DNA from: Deltaproteobacteria bacterium
GTDB taxonomy: Bacteria > Desulfobacterota > Desulfobulbia > Desulfobulbales > SURF-16
Assembly: GCA_030667965.1 (NCBI GenBank)
Contig: DAOUUW010000002.1
Coordinates: forward strand, 1 to 63,334
Direction: 5' to 3'
DNA: 63,334 bases
In this document: in pieces, positions 45,257 through 56,699 of the stretch
Numbering within the stretch: position 1 is the first letter of the stretch
Layout: each line of letters begins with the position of its first letter
Program-made: the position numbers and the translations under genes
The notes under the pieces: generated by a model
What the model saw: only the letters and a program-made list of their open reading frames with translations
Databases searched by the model: none
Told to the model about the DNA's origin: nothing

Positions 45257-46987
45257 TTGGGCTTCAATTTTGACATAGATAATACTTCCAGCGACAAGGA
45301 AAGTATAAAAAAATACTTCAGAGAACTTCGAACAAGGCTCATTATCTGGCTTTTGGCCGGTTTTGTTGTGCCTTATTGTGCCTTGTATGCCTACTTTCAT
45401 CTGCAATATGATTACACATTAAAAAAAACCAGCAAACTTAACCTTACAGTCCTTGCCGAAAGCCAAAGAAACACCGTTGACCTTTTCCTTCAGGAAAGAG
45501 TTGTTAATCTTTTCAACCTTTTCCACTGCTGCGAATTCCGCATCTTCCCCTCACAAGAAGACATGGATGCCCATTTACAAAACCTCCGTCATGTGAATTC
45601 TGCATTTGTTGATGTCGGATTTCTCAGTTCAGATGGTATCCATATAGGGTACGCCGGACCATTTCCATATCTCCAGGACCAAGATTACAGCGGAGAAAAC
45701 TGGTTTAAAACTCTCATGGGGCAAGAAAGAAATTATTATATCAGTAATATATCCACAGGGTTCAGGGATAAACTTCATTTTACAATCGCGATCAGGATGA
45801 TGATCGACAACCAGTTTTTCATTATGCGCTCCACGATGGGCACTGACACATTCAACCCTTTCATGAAATCTGCAGAACACGGAAGGGAAGTTGAATGTTC
45901 ACTGATAAACAAAGAGGGACTATACCAATTCGTTTCTCCGCACAGGGGGACATTGCTTGAGATGAGCGACTACGTTCCGGAGAAAACCACTGGAACCGGG
46001 GTCGATCTGGTGAAAAAAAACGGCGGCGCAACCCTTGTCGCCTATACATGGCTTACGGAAACTCCCTGGGCGTTAATTGTCAGACAGCCTTTAAGCATCG
46101 TTCATTCCGGCATGGAGAAGGCAAGAACTATTATTATCAGCAGTTTCATTATTATCATCATTATCTTTGTCGGGCTTATCTGTTTTTTCACCACCTGGAT
46201 AACAGCTAAAATACAGGCTATTGTGGAGAAGAAGAATGAACTGCTCTTCCAACTCCAGCATTCTTCCAAACTGGCATCTATTGGAAAACTAACTGCTGAG
46301 GTGGCACACGAAATTAACAACCCCCTGTCCATAATCACCTCCACCAGCGGCGTTATCAGGGACATGTTGGACCCTGAAATCGATATGGACTTTTCAGGTC
46401 CCAAAAGTATCATCGCTGAACTTGAAACCATCGACAAAGCCGCATTCAGGGCGAAGAACAGCACCATGTACCTTTTGGAGATTGGCCATAAACATGCACC
46501 ACAACTCACTTTATGCAATGTTAATGATATCCTCGAAGAAATAATGATCGGTCTTAAGGAACGTCAATTCCAACTTGACAACATCAAGGTCTGCCGGAAT
46601 TATGCCCCGGACATACCGGAAATCATGGTCGATCACGACCTTATTACCCAGGTTTTGCTTAATCTTATGAACAATGCCGGCGACTCCATTCCCGGCCCTG
46701 GGACAATTACGTTAGCCACAAAACATGATGACGAATATGTCCATATTTCTATAACCGATACTGGTGCGGGAATGGATTCAAAACAGCTCAAAGAGATATT
46801 CAATCCTTTCTACACAACAAAAGAAAAAGGAAAAGGAACCGGCCTCGGGTTGAGCCTTTCTGTGGATATTTTAAACGCAATGAACGGAAAAATTGATGCG
46901 CAGAGCATTAAAGGCACTGGAAGTTCATTTACCGTATCATTGCCGATAATAAGAAAAGGAGAAGAAAATGAAGGAAAACAACATTAA
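45257..46987 (+). CDS. Cache-domain sensor histidine kinase, paralog HK3
   Basis: The H-box is EVAHEINNPL. HATPase motifs are NLMNNAGDS, DTGAGM and GKGTGLGL. The TTG start is uncertain. Confidence 0.85.
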   Translation: MGFNFDIDNTSSDKESIKKYFRELRTRLIIWLLAGFVVPYCALYAYFHLQYDYTLKKTSKLNLTVLAESQRNTVDLFLQERVVNLFNLFHCCEFRIFPSQEDMDAHLQNLRHVNSAFVDVGFLSSDGIHIGYAGPFPYLQDQDYSGENWFKTLMGQERNYYISNISTGFRDKLHFTIAIRMMIDNQFFIMRSTMGTDTFNPFMKSAEHGREVECSLINKEGLYQFVSPHRGTLLEMSDYVPEKTTGTGVDLVKKNGGATLVAYTWLTETPWALIVRQPLSIVHSGMEKARTIIISSFIIIIIIFVGLICFFTTWITAKIQAIVEKKNELLFQLQHSSKLASIGKLTAEVAHEINNPLSIITSTSGVIRDMLDPEIDMDFSGPKSIIAELETIDKAAFRAKNSTMYLLEIGHKHAPQLTLCNVNDILEEIMIGLKERQFQLDNIKVCRNYAPDIPEIMVDHDLITQVLLNLMNNAGDSIPGPGTITLATKHDDEYVHISITDTGAGMDSKQLKEIFNPFYTTKEKGKGTGLGLSLSVDILNAMNGKIDAQSIKGTGSSFTVSLPIIRKGEENEGKQH

Positions 46988-47360
46988 TCTTCTTTTTGTT
47001 GATGATGAAGAGGAGTTCTTGAATTCAATGAGCAGAAGGCTAAGCAAGAGAGGTTTTAATGTAATTACCGTTAACCGTGGAGAAAAAGCCGTTACGCTGG
47101 CAAAAAGTACTCCTTTTGACATTGCTATGATAGATATGAAAATGCCGGGAATTGGCGGAGAAGAAACACTCAAGGCAATAAAAGAAGAAAACAAATATCT
47201 GGAGGCAGTGATTCTTTCAGGGAACCGTTTTGTTGGGGACGGTTTTGCCCCCAAAGATAGCGCGGCGTTTTTATATCTGCAGAAACCCTGCGAACTGGAC
47301 AAAATCCTTGAGGCTCTAAATAAAGCTTATCAAAAAACTCTTTTAAACAGGAAGGCATAA
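46968..47360 (+). CDS. single-domain response regulator (REC only)
   Basis: NLLFVDDEEEF...IAMIDMKMPGIGG...ILSG...KP. It overlaps the HK3 stop by 20 nt. Confidence 0.85.
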   Translation: MKENNINLLFVDDEEEFLNSMSRRLSKRGFNVITVNRGEKAVTLAKSTPFDIAMIDMKMPGIGGEETLKAIKEENKYLEAVILSGNRFVGDGFAPKDSAAFLYLQKPCELDKILEALNKAYQKTLLNRKA

Positions 47361-47471
47361 TTTATTAGTCCTGCTTTTTTTAGATTGCAAAGCAATTTGC
47401 ACCAACCTCTGGTAATCTTCTGAACAGTGATGAAAAAGTATACCATTCAATTTCCAGCTAAAATAAAATAA

Positions 47472-49973
47472 ATGGAAAATTTTTTAGTTAAATACTTGTT
47501 TCATAAAAAATCCCCTCCGGAAGGAATCCGTCTTCACTCCAAGGAAATGCTCCAGAATTTTCGTTTCCTGCTGAATGCCCAAAACAACTGCCTGGATATC
47601 TTGGCTGAAATGAAACAGGCCTTGAACAGCGACAAGCCCTACAGCATGTCCTTTATCCGCTCCCGCAGCACTGCAATGCTTGTCAACACATATAAAATGA
47701 TCCGGCATCTTCTACAGATGACAGGCGGACGCCATGTGGATCTTGAAGATGCCTTTACCGATATACAGCATCAACTAAAATCCATCCTGGAAGATAATAT
47801 CAGTACAACGTCAACAACGTGGATCATAGCAATTGAAAATATTGACCACGGCATTGCTGATATGGTTGGGGACAAAATGGCTGTCCTGGGTGAAGTGCGC
47901 AACAGGTGTGAAATACTCGTTCCTTCCGGTTTTGCCATCACCTCTGTCGCCGGTCGATATTTTTTAAGTCACAACAATCTCCAAGATGAAATTAACCGTC
48001 AACTCCAGACACTGAATCCGGAAAACCTTGAAGAACTCTACAGGGCCTGCAGTTCCATTCAACAATTTATCATCAGAGCGCCTTTGCCACGAGAACTTGA
48101 GGAAGCAATACTTGCAGCCTATGATACGTTGTCCCGGCAAACAAAGCCCGACGTCCCCCTTGCCGTGATTTCCAGCGCTATTTTCGATGACAGATATCTA
48201 TCATCCTATGACTCTCAATATCACACGGAACTGTCAGTCACCCGGGAATTTCTCACACAGGCGTATAAAGAAATTATTGCAAGTAAATACACGGCCAACG
48301 CCAAAATGTACCGTTTGAAAAGAGGGTTTTGGGGTGAAAATCTCACTTTGGGAGTTGGCTGTCTGACCATGATTGAAGGAGGCATCAGCGGGTTCATCTA
48401 CTCACGTAACCCGTGGGATATAAATAGTTCATGGACACTGCTGCGCTATCACAACAGGCAGGACGGTTCCAAAGCAGCCATCACCGGCAAGACAAATAAA
48501 GTCCTCATTGACCGACACCCTCCCTATGAAAAAATTTCGGAACTTAAAGATATAACAGAACTGACGGGAAAACAGACAGAAGAGCTTGTACAGACCGCTG
48601 TCCGCCTTGAGAAACATTTCGGCGCCCCACAGCATATTGAATGGATAATCGATGAAAAAGGCCGGCTTGTCATTCTCCAATGCCGCCCGCTCCATGCTCC
48701 GTCCTCAAGTGATGACGGGGCTATACTTTCAGAACCATCAACAAAGGAAGAGGAGGAACCTTTGTGCCGGGGAAAAGTTACAGCCAGTCCCGGTATCGCC
48801 ACAGGACCGGTGTATATAGTACGATCAAATATTGACCTGCTTCAATTCCCCTCAGGCGCTGTGCTTGTTACACCACACCCTTTACCACAATGGGCGCCTC
48901 TGTTAAATAATGCTGCTGCGCTGGTAACGGAAACAGAAGACATTGCCGGTGATCTTGCCACTTTAGCCAGAGAATATGGTCTTCCTGCCCTTTTCGGGGT
49001 GAAACAGGCCTGCACGAAACTAAAAAATAAAGATCTCATCAGAGTGGATGCCGGTAATTGCCGTATCTATTCAGCCAGGCAGGAAAACATTACAGACGAC
49101 CCGGTTAAGCCTCGCAATTTAATGACCCGAAGCCCTGTTCAGCTTAATCTAAAAAAAATTCTACAGCATATTGCCCCTTTAAACCTTATCAACCCTGATT
49201 CGCGTAATTTCAAAGCAGACTCATGTAAAACCCTGCACGACATCATCTGTTTCTGTTATGAAAAATCATTGCTCGAGATGTTTAATTTTGGCAAAAAGCA
49301 TCATGATGTTGACCTTACTGCAAAAAAAATCTCGAATAAAACCCCGGATAAATGGCTGCTTATCGATATTAAAAACGGTATTCGCCCCGGAACGGACAAG
49401 AAAAATAAAAGTATCAGCATTACAGACATCGTCTCGCTGCCCATGCTGGCCATGTGGGAAGGTCTGCATGCCTTTCCCCGGAAGGGAAAAAAGAATTATA
49501 TCAGTAAATTGAGAACTGTTTTAAGAAAAAAACCCCTGAAAAAATGGAATTATTTTCTTATATCTAAAGAATTTTGCAATACCAGCATCCGGCGGGATTC
49601 CTTTTTCTCAATGTCCGAAGCCGTTGCAAGCGAGCGTCATAAAGCTAACTACATTACTTTTCATATCAGCTGTTTAATTTCGGATAACCATCGAAAAGCT
49701 CTACATTTACATCTTTTATCAGATATTTTGCAAAATTTCGGTTTCAGAACATACAAGAATGAAAACGTATTAAACGCCAGACTGACGAATGAAGCACCGG
49801 AACTTATTTGGGAAAAGTTAAAAGTTCTCGGGTATCTTATAATGAATACAGGACTGAATGAACTGACTCTGACAGGAAACTCACAGGTAAAATCCTGTCG
49901 TGATCAGCTTCTCAACGATATTGACGTCATCCTTGCAAAAAATTCTCACCCAGCAACAAACTTTCATCATTAA
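47472..49973 (+). CDS. PEP synthase / pyruvate phosphate dikinase-like protein (PPDK_N ATP-grasp + swivel domain with His replaced by Asp + uncharacterised C-terminal domain)
   Basis: The PPDK_N-like segment is GDKMAVLGEVRNRCEILVPSGFAITS. The swivel-domain segment is GKVTASPGIATGPVYIV..GAVLVTPHPLPQWAPLL..AAALVTETEDIAGDLATLAREYGLPALFG. The canonical GGxTSHAAIVARE aligns with EDIAGDLATLARE. Confidence 0.75.
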   Translation: MENFLVKYLFHKKSPPEGIRLHSKEMLQNFRFLLNAQNNCLDILAEMKQALNSDKPYSMSFIRSRSTAMLVNTYKMIRHLLQMTGGRHVDLEDAFTDIQHQLKSILEDNISTTSTTWIIAIENIDHGIADMVGDKMAVLGEVRNRCEILVPSGFAITSVAGRYFLSHNNLQDEINRQLQTLNPENLEELYRACSSIQQFIIRAPLPRELEEAILAAYDTLSRQTKPDVPLAVISSAIFDDRYLSSYDSQYHTELSVTREFLTQAYKEIIASKYTANAKMYRLKRGFWGENLTLGVGCLTMIEGGISGFIYSRNPWDINSSWTLLRYHNRQDGSKAAITGKTNKVLIDRHPPYEKISELKDITELTGKQTEELVQTAVRLEKHFGAPQHIEWIIDEKGRLVILQCRPLHAPSSSDDGAILSEPSTKEEEEPLCRGKVTASPGIATGPVYIVRSNIDLLQFPSGAVLVTPHPLPQWAPLLNNAAALVTETEDIAGDLATLAREYGLPALFGVKQACTKLKNKDLIRVDAGNCRIYSARQENITDDPVKPRNLMTRSPVQLNLKKILQHIAPLNLINPDSRNFKADSCKTLHDIICFCYEKSLLEMFNFGKKHHDVDLTAKKISNKTPDKWLLIDIKNGIRPGTDKKNKSISITDIVSLPMLAMWEGLHAFPRKGKKNYISKLRTVLRKKPLKKWNYFLISKEFCNTSIRRDSFFSMSEAVASERHKANYITFHISCLISDNHRKALHLHLLSDILQNFGFRTYKNENVLNARLTNEAPELIWEKLKVLGYLIMNTGLNELTLTGNSQVKSCRDQLLNDIDVILAKNSHPATNFHH

Positions 49974-50156
49974 CATATAAAGCAGACCTTCTCTTCAGCA
50001 GAGAAAAATCTCGTGTTAAAAATTTCCCTTTTTTCCAGCTTCACTTTTTTCTCGCCTTCAGCTAAAGACTTTAGTAGATTTGCATTCATTTTTCCCTGCA
50101 AACAACCATATCAAACAATCTTTGATACATTTTCAGATAACGTTTAACTACCATAA

Positions 50157-51257
<1,101 letters not shown>

Positions 51258-51419
51258 AGAATACCAAAAAAAATTATCAAGGATAAAAACTTGACTTGAT
51301 AACTATATAAAAGGTAACCTTTTTGTAACCTTTTTGTTATATTGTTCGTATTTTAACGATATTATTAGTATAATAAAGAATTCCCGCAAAAAGTCATAAC
51401 TAAACGCAAAGTAATATTC

Positions 51420-52583
51420 ATGCAAAAGTCTCCCTTTATATTCATTGTTTTTTTGCTGGGCTGGACTCTTTTCTGCATTAAACCCCAATCGGCCGGGGCA
51501 GCTGAGCAGGGTATTTCCGATTCCAGCATACTGGTCGGCACATCCGCGCCGCTCACGGGACATGCCTCCTACCTCGGCCACGGTATTACCGGCATGAATG
51601 CCTACTTTAATCACATCAACAACCAGGGCGGTATCCTCGGACGTACGATCGAGAGTATAGCCTACGACGATGATTATAACCCGCCTCTTATGATCAGCAA
51701 TGTACAAAAACTGATTGATAAGGATAATGTTTTCGCCCTTATCGGTCTTGTCGGCACACCAACTACATTGACCGTGGTCAACCTGTGCCAGGAGCAGCAA
51801 ATACCCATGCTTTTTCCATTTACAGGCGCGATTGAGCTCCGCCGCCCGGTAAAAAAATACATTTTTAATCTTCGCCCGAGTTACTGGGACGAATGCGCCG
51901 CAGCTGTGGACTATTTCATCAAGCATGGGAAAAGACGTTTTGCCGTGTTTTATCAGGATGACGCCTACGGTCTTAACGGACGCATCGGGGTTGAACGCCG
52001 CCTGATCAAATACGACCTTGATCTGGCGGCAGAGGCTTCGTATATCCGCGGGGAGTCGGATGTGGAAAACCAGGTGCAGGAGATCAAAAAATACAATCCT
52101 GATGTTGTGGTCATGATCGGCACTGCTGATCCCTGTTCCGCATTTGTCCGGATGGCGGTCGGGCAAGGAATGAAAGACGTCTGGTTCTCCAATGTCTCCT
52201 TTGTGGGTGGTCAAGAACTGGCAAAATATTTGCTGGGCTGCAAGGCCGCGGTGTTCGCTACCCAGGTGTTTCCCTCCGCATCCGATACTTCTTACCCGGC
52301 TGTCAGGCAATACAGGCAACTCATGAAGACATTTTTCCCGAAAACCGAACCCAGCCAGATTTCACTTGAGGGGTTTCTCAATGCCAAGCTTTTTGTCGAG
52401 GCCCTGAAAAGAAACAGCAATGTTCCTGACAGGGAAAGGCTTGTCAGCGCCCTTGAAGATATGCATGAAGTTGATATCGGCATTGGGGAAAATGTCAATT
52501 TCAGCCGGATTGATCACCAGGGACTTGAAAAGGTTTATATCACCAGGATAGAAGATGGAAAAATCATTTATCTCCAGGATTAA
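51420..52583 (+). CDS. periplasmic substrate-binding protein, LivK/Peripla_BP_6 type
   Basis: It has a signal peptide, ILVGTSAPLTGHASYLG and DDDYNP. It overlaps the downstream hybrid kinase gene. Confidence 0.8.
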   Translation: MQKSPFIFIVFLLGWTLFCIKPQSAGAAEQGISDSSILVGTSAPLTGHASYLGHGITGMNAYFNHINNQGGILGRTIESIAYDDDYNPPLMISNVQKLIDKDNVFALIGLVGTPTTLTVVNLCQEQQIPMLFPFTGAIELRRPVKKYIFNLRPSYWDECAAAVDYFIKHGKRRFAVFYQDDAYGLNGRIGVERRLIKYDLDLAAEASYIRGESDVENQVQEIKKYNPDVVVMIGTADPCSAFVRMAVGQGMKDVWFSNVSFVGGQELAKYLLGCKAAVFATQVFPSASDTSYPAVRQYRQLMKTFFPKTEPSQISLEGFLNAKLFVEALKRNSNVPDRERLVSALEDMHEVDIGIGENVNFSRIDHQGLEKVYITRIEDGKIIYLQD

Positions 52584-54702
52584 AAGCCTGTTCCTAGCCG
52601 ACACATCATACCACATCACCCGCTCTTTCGCCGGCAAAATGCTTCCACTTTCCTTCCTTGCCGGTATCTTCATATGTGTTGCCATCCCCACAAGTTATTA
52701 TTATCTGGAAAGGATCGACGCCGGCAAGCGGGCACAAACGCATGCAAACGATCTCGCCTCCTTCTTCAGACAGGTCCTGGAAACAGATCCCCTGACCTGG
52801 AAAGAAGAGGTTCATTCGAAAGTCGCCGTTGCCGATATAGACTGTATAAAAATTTTTGACCGAAATCATAACCTGATTGCGCATTTGACACCACACAATC
52901 TTCCTAAATATTCATGGTCACTCATAATGGCGGAAAAAAAAGTAATGTACGGCGGCGATACTTATGCCGTGGTCAGAGTGGGCATTTTTCTTACGGAAAT
53001 AGAAAAAAACACCCTCATGTTACTGCTGTTTTCCCTTGCATGTGGAACGATTGAAGGCATTGCGCTCTTCCTGCTTCCTGTCTTCAAAATACAGAATGTG
53101 GAGGACAGGGTCAACAGGACGCACCAGAAACTTCTGGACGAGCAGCACAAACTGAAATCCTCCGAAGAGAAATTCAGGACCTTTTTTGAATTTTCCCCTG
53201 ACGCAACCGTCATTTCAACGGAGAACGGAAAAATACTTTCCGCTAATCAGGCCTTTCTGGAGATGTTTCAAATTGATAAAGAGGATTTCAGCAGCATAAA
53301 GACGACGGATCAGTATTGTGATCCAGGCGCAAGAGACCGGCTTCTCGCCGAGTTGTTCGAGAGCGGAGAAGTAAAAAATACGGAAGTTGTTTTCAAGAAA
53401 AAAGACGGCTTGGAGCTGCCCGCACTAATTTCCATGAATTTGATCAGCGCCCTCACCATGGAGGGTGATGGCCGCCTGGAAAACGAAAAGTTCTTGCTGC
53501 TGAGCGTCATAAGAGACATCAGTGAAAAAAAAGAAACGGAGAAACAGCTTACCCAGGCCCAGAAAATGGAAAGTATCGGCATGCTTGCGGGAGGAGTGGC
53601 CCATGACTTCAATAATATTCTTGCGGGTATGATGGGGTACGCAGGCCTGATCAAAATCCAGACTCCTGAAGATAATGATCTGCACAAGTATGCGCAGATA
53701 ATGGAGAAGACGGCACGAAGAGGCTCCGAGCTGACCAGTAAGCTCCTGGCCTTTGCCCGGGGAGGGAAATACCTGCTTGAGGATGTCAATCTCAATCAAA
53801 TAGCCGAAGAGGTACTGGCAATACTGAAGCATACCATTGAAAAGAAGATTGTTATTGTCAAAGAATTTGACCCGGACCTCAAGAATGTGAGGGCCGATGC
53901 CTCGCAAATAAACCAGGTGCTGCTCAACCTCTGCGTCAACGCCAGGGATGCCATGGCTGGTCTGGACGAATGTAAACTCTCGATCAAAACGTTTAATATT
54001 CATCTTGAACAGAGGGGTTTTCCTATGGGGAATGTCTGCCAACCCGGGGAATACGCAGTTATTTCAGTCTCTGATACAGGTTCCGGCATATGCTCGGAAC
54101 TTTTGACCAAGATATTTGATCCTTTCTTCAGCACAAAAGAAAAGGGGCATGGAACCGGCCTTGGACTTTCCATGGTTTACGGTATCATAAAAAACCATGA
54201 CGGATATATTGATTTGATCAGCGAATCCGGAAAAGGCACCAGCTTTGTGATATACCTGCCTGCCGTCCAGGCTGTGGAAGAAGGGAAATATGTCACGACC
54301 GCGAGAGACCGAAAAAAGGCCGAGGAGATACCCGGCGGAACCGAAACAATCCTACTGATCGATGATGAAGATGTTGTCCGGAACCTCAGCAAGGCTCTTC
54401 TGGAACAAAAAGGGTACAAAGTTCTGCCGGCAGAGGACGGCAAGGAAGGGATATCCGTTTACAAGACCGAGCACGACAAAATTGATCTTGTGCTCCTGGA
54501 TATGATTATGCCGAATAAAACCGGTTCGGAAGTTTTTTATGAACTTAAAAATATGAATCCGGATGTACAAGTCATTATTGTGAGCGGCTTCAGCCTGGAT
54601 AGCCAAGCCAGGCAGTTGCTCAATGACGGAGCCTGTACCTTTATCCAGAAGCCTTATCCGGTACATCAACTGCTGCATGCAATCCGCAAAGTGTTAGATT
54701 GA
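52555..54702 (+). CDS. hybrid sensor histidine kinase (TM-PAS-HisKA-HATPase-REC)
   Basis: The H-box is GVAHDFNNIL. HATPase motifs are NLCVNARDA, DTGSGI and GHGTGLGL. The C-terminal REC reads ILLIDDED...VLLDMIMP. Confidence 0.9.
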   Translation: MEKSFISRIKSLFLADTSYHITRSFAGKMLPLSFLAGIFICVAIPTSYYYLERIDAGKRAQTHANDLASFFRQVLETDPLTWKEEVHSKVAVADIDCIKIFDRNHNLIAHLTPHNLPKYSWSLIMAEKKVMYGGDTYAVVRVGIFLTEIEKNTLMLLLFSLACGTIEGIALFLLPVFKIQNVEDRVNRTHQKLLDEQHKLKSSEEKFRTFFEFSPDATVISTENGKILSANQAFLEMFQIDKEDFSSIKTTDQYCDPGARDRLLAELFESGEVKNTEVVFKKKDGLELPALISMNLISALTMEGDGRLENEKFLLLSVIRDISEKKETEKQLTQAQKMESIGMLAGGVAHDFNNILAGMMGYAGLIKIQTPEDNDLHKYAQIMEKTARRGSELTSKLLAFARGGKYLLEDVNLNQIAEEVLAILKHTIEKKIVIVKEFDPDLKNVRADASQINQVLLNLCVNARDAMAGLDECKLSIKTFNIHLEQRGFPMGNVCQPGEYAVISVSDTGSGICSELLTKIFDPFFSTKEKGHGTGLGLSMVYGIIKNHDGYIDLISESGKGTSFVIYLPAVQAVEEGKYVTTARDRKKAEEIPGGTETILLIDDEDVVRNLSKALLEQKGYKVLPAEDGKEGISVYKTEHDKIDLVLLDMIMPNKTGSEVFYELKNMNPDVQVIIVSGFSLDSQARQLLNDGACTFIQKPYPVHQLLHAIRKVLD

Positions 54703-54843
54703 CGCCCAACTACATATCCTTTCGGTTCTCGGATGGGGATGAAAGTACCTCCATTCCTACTTGTTTTGTTGGATACATTGTTTGAGCCAACATTTTTTCT
54801 CAAAACCGATGAGCTATTTGTTTCCAGCTCCTTAATGATTTAA

Positions 54844-55599
54844 ATGAATCGCAACTTACCAACCGTTGTTCTGGTGGAACCCCAGGGCGCGCGCAATATC
54901 GGCTCGGTCTGCCGGGTGATGAAAAACTTCGGTTTTTCAGATCTCAGGCTGGTACAACCCCGGGCTGACCATCTCAGTAAAGATGCCGGGGACATGGCGG
55001 TCAGCGCAAAAGATATGCTGCCAAAGGCCGGAGTTTACAAGACCCTGGCCCATGCCCTGGCAGACTGTCATTATTGTCTTGGCACCACCCGCCGTTTCGG
55101 CAAATACAGACAAAATTTTCTTGAACCCCATGAGGTAAAAGCAACTCTCGCGCCTCTGCCGTCTGCAGCAAAATCCGCTCTGATTTTTGGCCGGGAGGAT
55201 AGCGGTCTCACCACAGCTGAGCTTGATTTATGCCAGGGTTTTATCACCATTACCACGGATGAAGCCCTGCCGTCAATGAACCTTGCCCAGGCGGTCGGCA
55301 TCTGTCTGTATGAGCTTTCCCGCGACTCTATTGTAAAACACACCGAAGATATCCATGACCTCCCTGACAATAAAACGTTGGAACGTATGTATGACCACAT
55401 GCGCCGCAGTCTGCTCGACGCGGACTTTCTTGATCCCCAGAACCCCGATCATATCCTGCGAACATTTCGCCACATTTTCGCACGCTCCGGCCTTGACCAA
55501 CGGGAAGTCCGCATTCTGCACGGTATCTGGAGGCGCATTGACTGGTTAAATAGCGAAAGAAATCGTTTGATCGACTCACCCACCAACCAGCTGCCATGA
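54844..55599 (+). CDS. SpoU/TrmH-family RNA 2'-O-methyltransferase (TrmJ-like)
   Basis: VVLVEPQGARNIGSVCRVMKNFG, LIFGREDSGLT and LPSMNLAQAVGICLYE. Confidence 0.8.
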   Translation: MNRNLPTVVLVEPQGARNIGSVCRVMKNFGFSDLRLVQPRADHLSKDAGDMAVSAKDMLPKAGVYKTLAHALADCHYCLGTTRRFGKYRQNFLEPHEVKATLAPLPSAAKSALIFGREDSGLTTAELDLCQGFITITTDEALPSMNLAQAVGICLYELSRDSIVKHTEDIHDLPDNKTLERMYDHMRRSLLDADFLDPQNPDHILRTFRHIFARSGLDQREVRILHGIWRRIDWLNSERNRLIDSPTNQLP

Positions 55600-56699
55600 G
55601 CGAATACAGCCAATTCACAGCAAACCTTCTTGAGTGGTTTACCATACACAGCAGGGACCTGCCCTGGCGCCGCACCTATGACCCCTATCATGTGTGGGTA
55701 TCGGAGATTATGCTGCAGCAAACCCGGATGGACCGGGTTGTCGCCTATTTCAGCCGCTGGATAGTACGTTTTCCAACGATAAACATCCTGGCCGATGCAG
55801 CAGAAGACGAAGTACTTCGCCTCTGGGAAGGATTAGGCTATTACTCCCGGGCACGCAATCTTCACAAAACAGCCCGTATCCTCTGCGAAAACGGCTGCCA
55901 TCTACCGGAGGATTACGAAAACCTGCTTGCCCTGCCCGGCATAGGACCGTACACTGCCGGAGCCATTATGAGTATTGCCTATAATAGATGCTACCCTGCC
56001 GTTGATGCCAATGTTGAACGTGTTTTTTCCCGCTATTTTGATCTTGCCTCTCCTGTAAAGGAGAAAAAAAACAAATCGTTTATCCTGGCAAAACTTAAAA
56101 AAATGCAGCCTGACGATCAATGCCGCTTCTTCAACCAGGCATTGATGGAGCTTGGCGCCCTCATATGTCTTCCTGCAACTCCTGTTTGTCATAAATGCCC
56201 GGTTGCCGCCTTCTGCCTGTCCCGACAACGCGGAACCACGCCAAACCGTCCCCTTCTTCAACCAAAAAAGAAAACAATCCGCATTGATATGGCCACCGGT
56301 ATCGTGTTCAGAAAGGGAAAAATCCTCATCCAGAAAAGACTCAGTGATGATGTGTGGGCCAACTTATGGGAATTCCCGGGAGGAAGGATCAAACAAGGAG
56401 AAACGCCTGAACAGGCAGTAATCAGGGAATTCTTTGAAGAAACAAATTTACATATCAATGTGACAAAAAAAATAACCACCGTGCAACACAGCTACATGCA
56501 TTACAGGGTTACCCTGCATGGCTTTTTCTGTGAAATTTCAGACGGGAAAAACAAAAAACCAGCCCTGCACGCAGCACAGGAAAACAGGTGGGTGGCAATT
56601 GACGAACTAAAAAAATTCGCCTTTCCGGCAGGACACCGAAAACTGATTGACTATCTGCTTGAGGATATTCAGGTAGATAGGTTGAAGGCTGAAGGTTGA
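55596..56699 (+). CDS. mutY: A/G-specific adenine DNA glycosylase with C-terminal NUDIX-like domain
   Basis: LPWRRTYDPYHVWVSEIMLQQT, GLGYYSRARNLH, a CxxxxxxCxxCxxxxxC cluster loop, and WEFPGG. The last five codons and the stop lie in the GGTTGAA repeat. Confidence 0.9.
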   Translation: MSEYSQFTANLLEWFTIHSRDLPWRRTYDPYHVWVSEIMLQQTRMDRVVAYFSRWIVRFPTINILADAAEDEVLRLWEGLGYYSRARNLHKTARILCENGCHLPEDYENLLALPGIGPYTAGAIMSIAYNRCYPAVDANVERVFSRYFDLASPVKEKKNKSFILAKLKKMQPDDQCRFFNQALMELGALICLPATPVCHKCPVAAFCLSRQRGTTPNRPLLQPKKKTIRIDMATGIVFRKGKILIQKRLSDDVWANLWEFPGGRIKQGETPEQAVIREFFEETNLHINVTKKITTVQHSYMHYRVTLHGFFCEISDGKNKKPALHAAQENRWVAIDELKKFAFPAGHRKLIDYLLEDIQVDRLKAEG

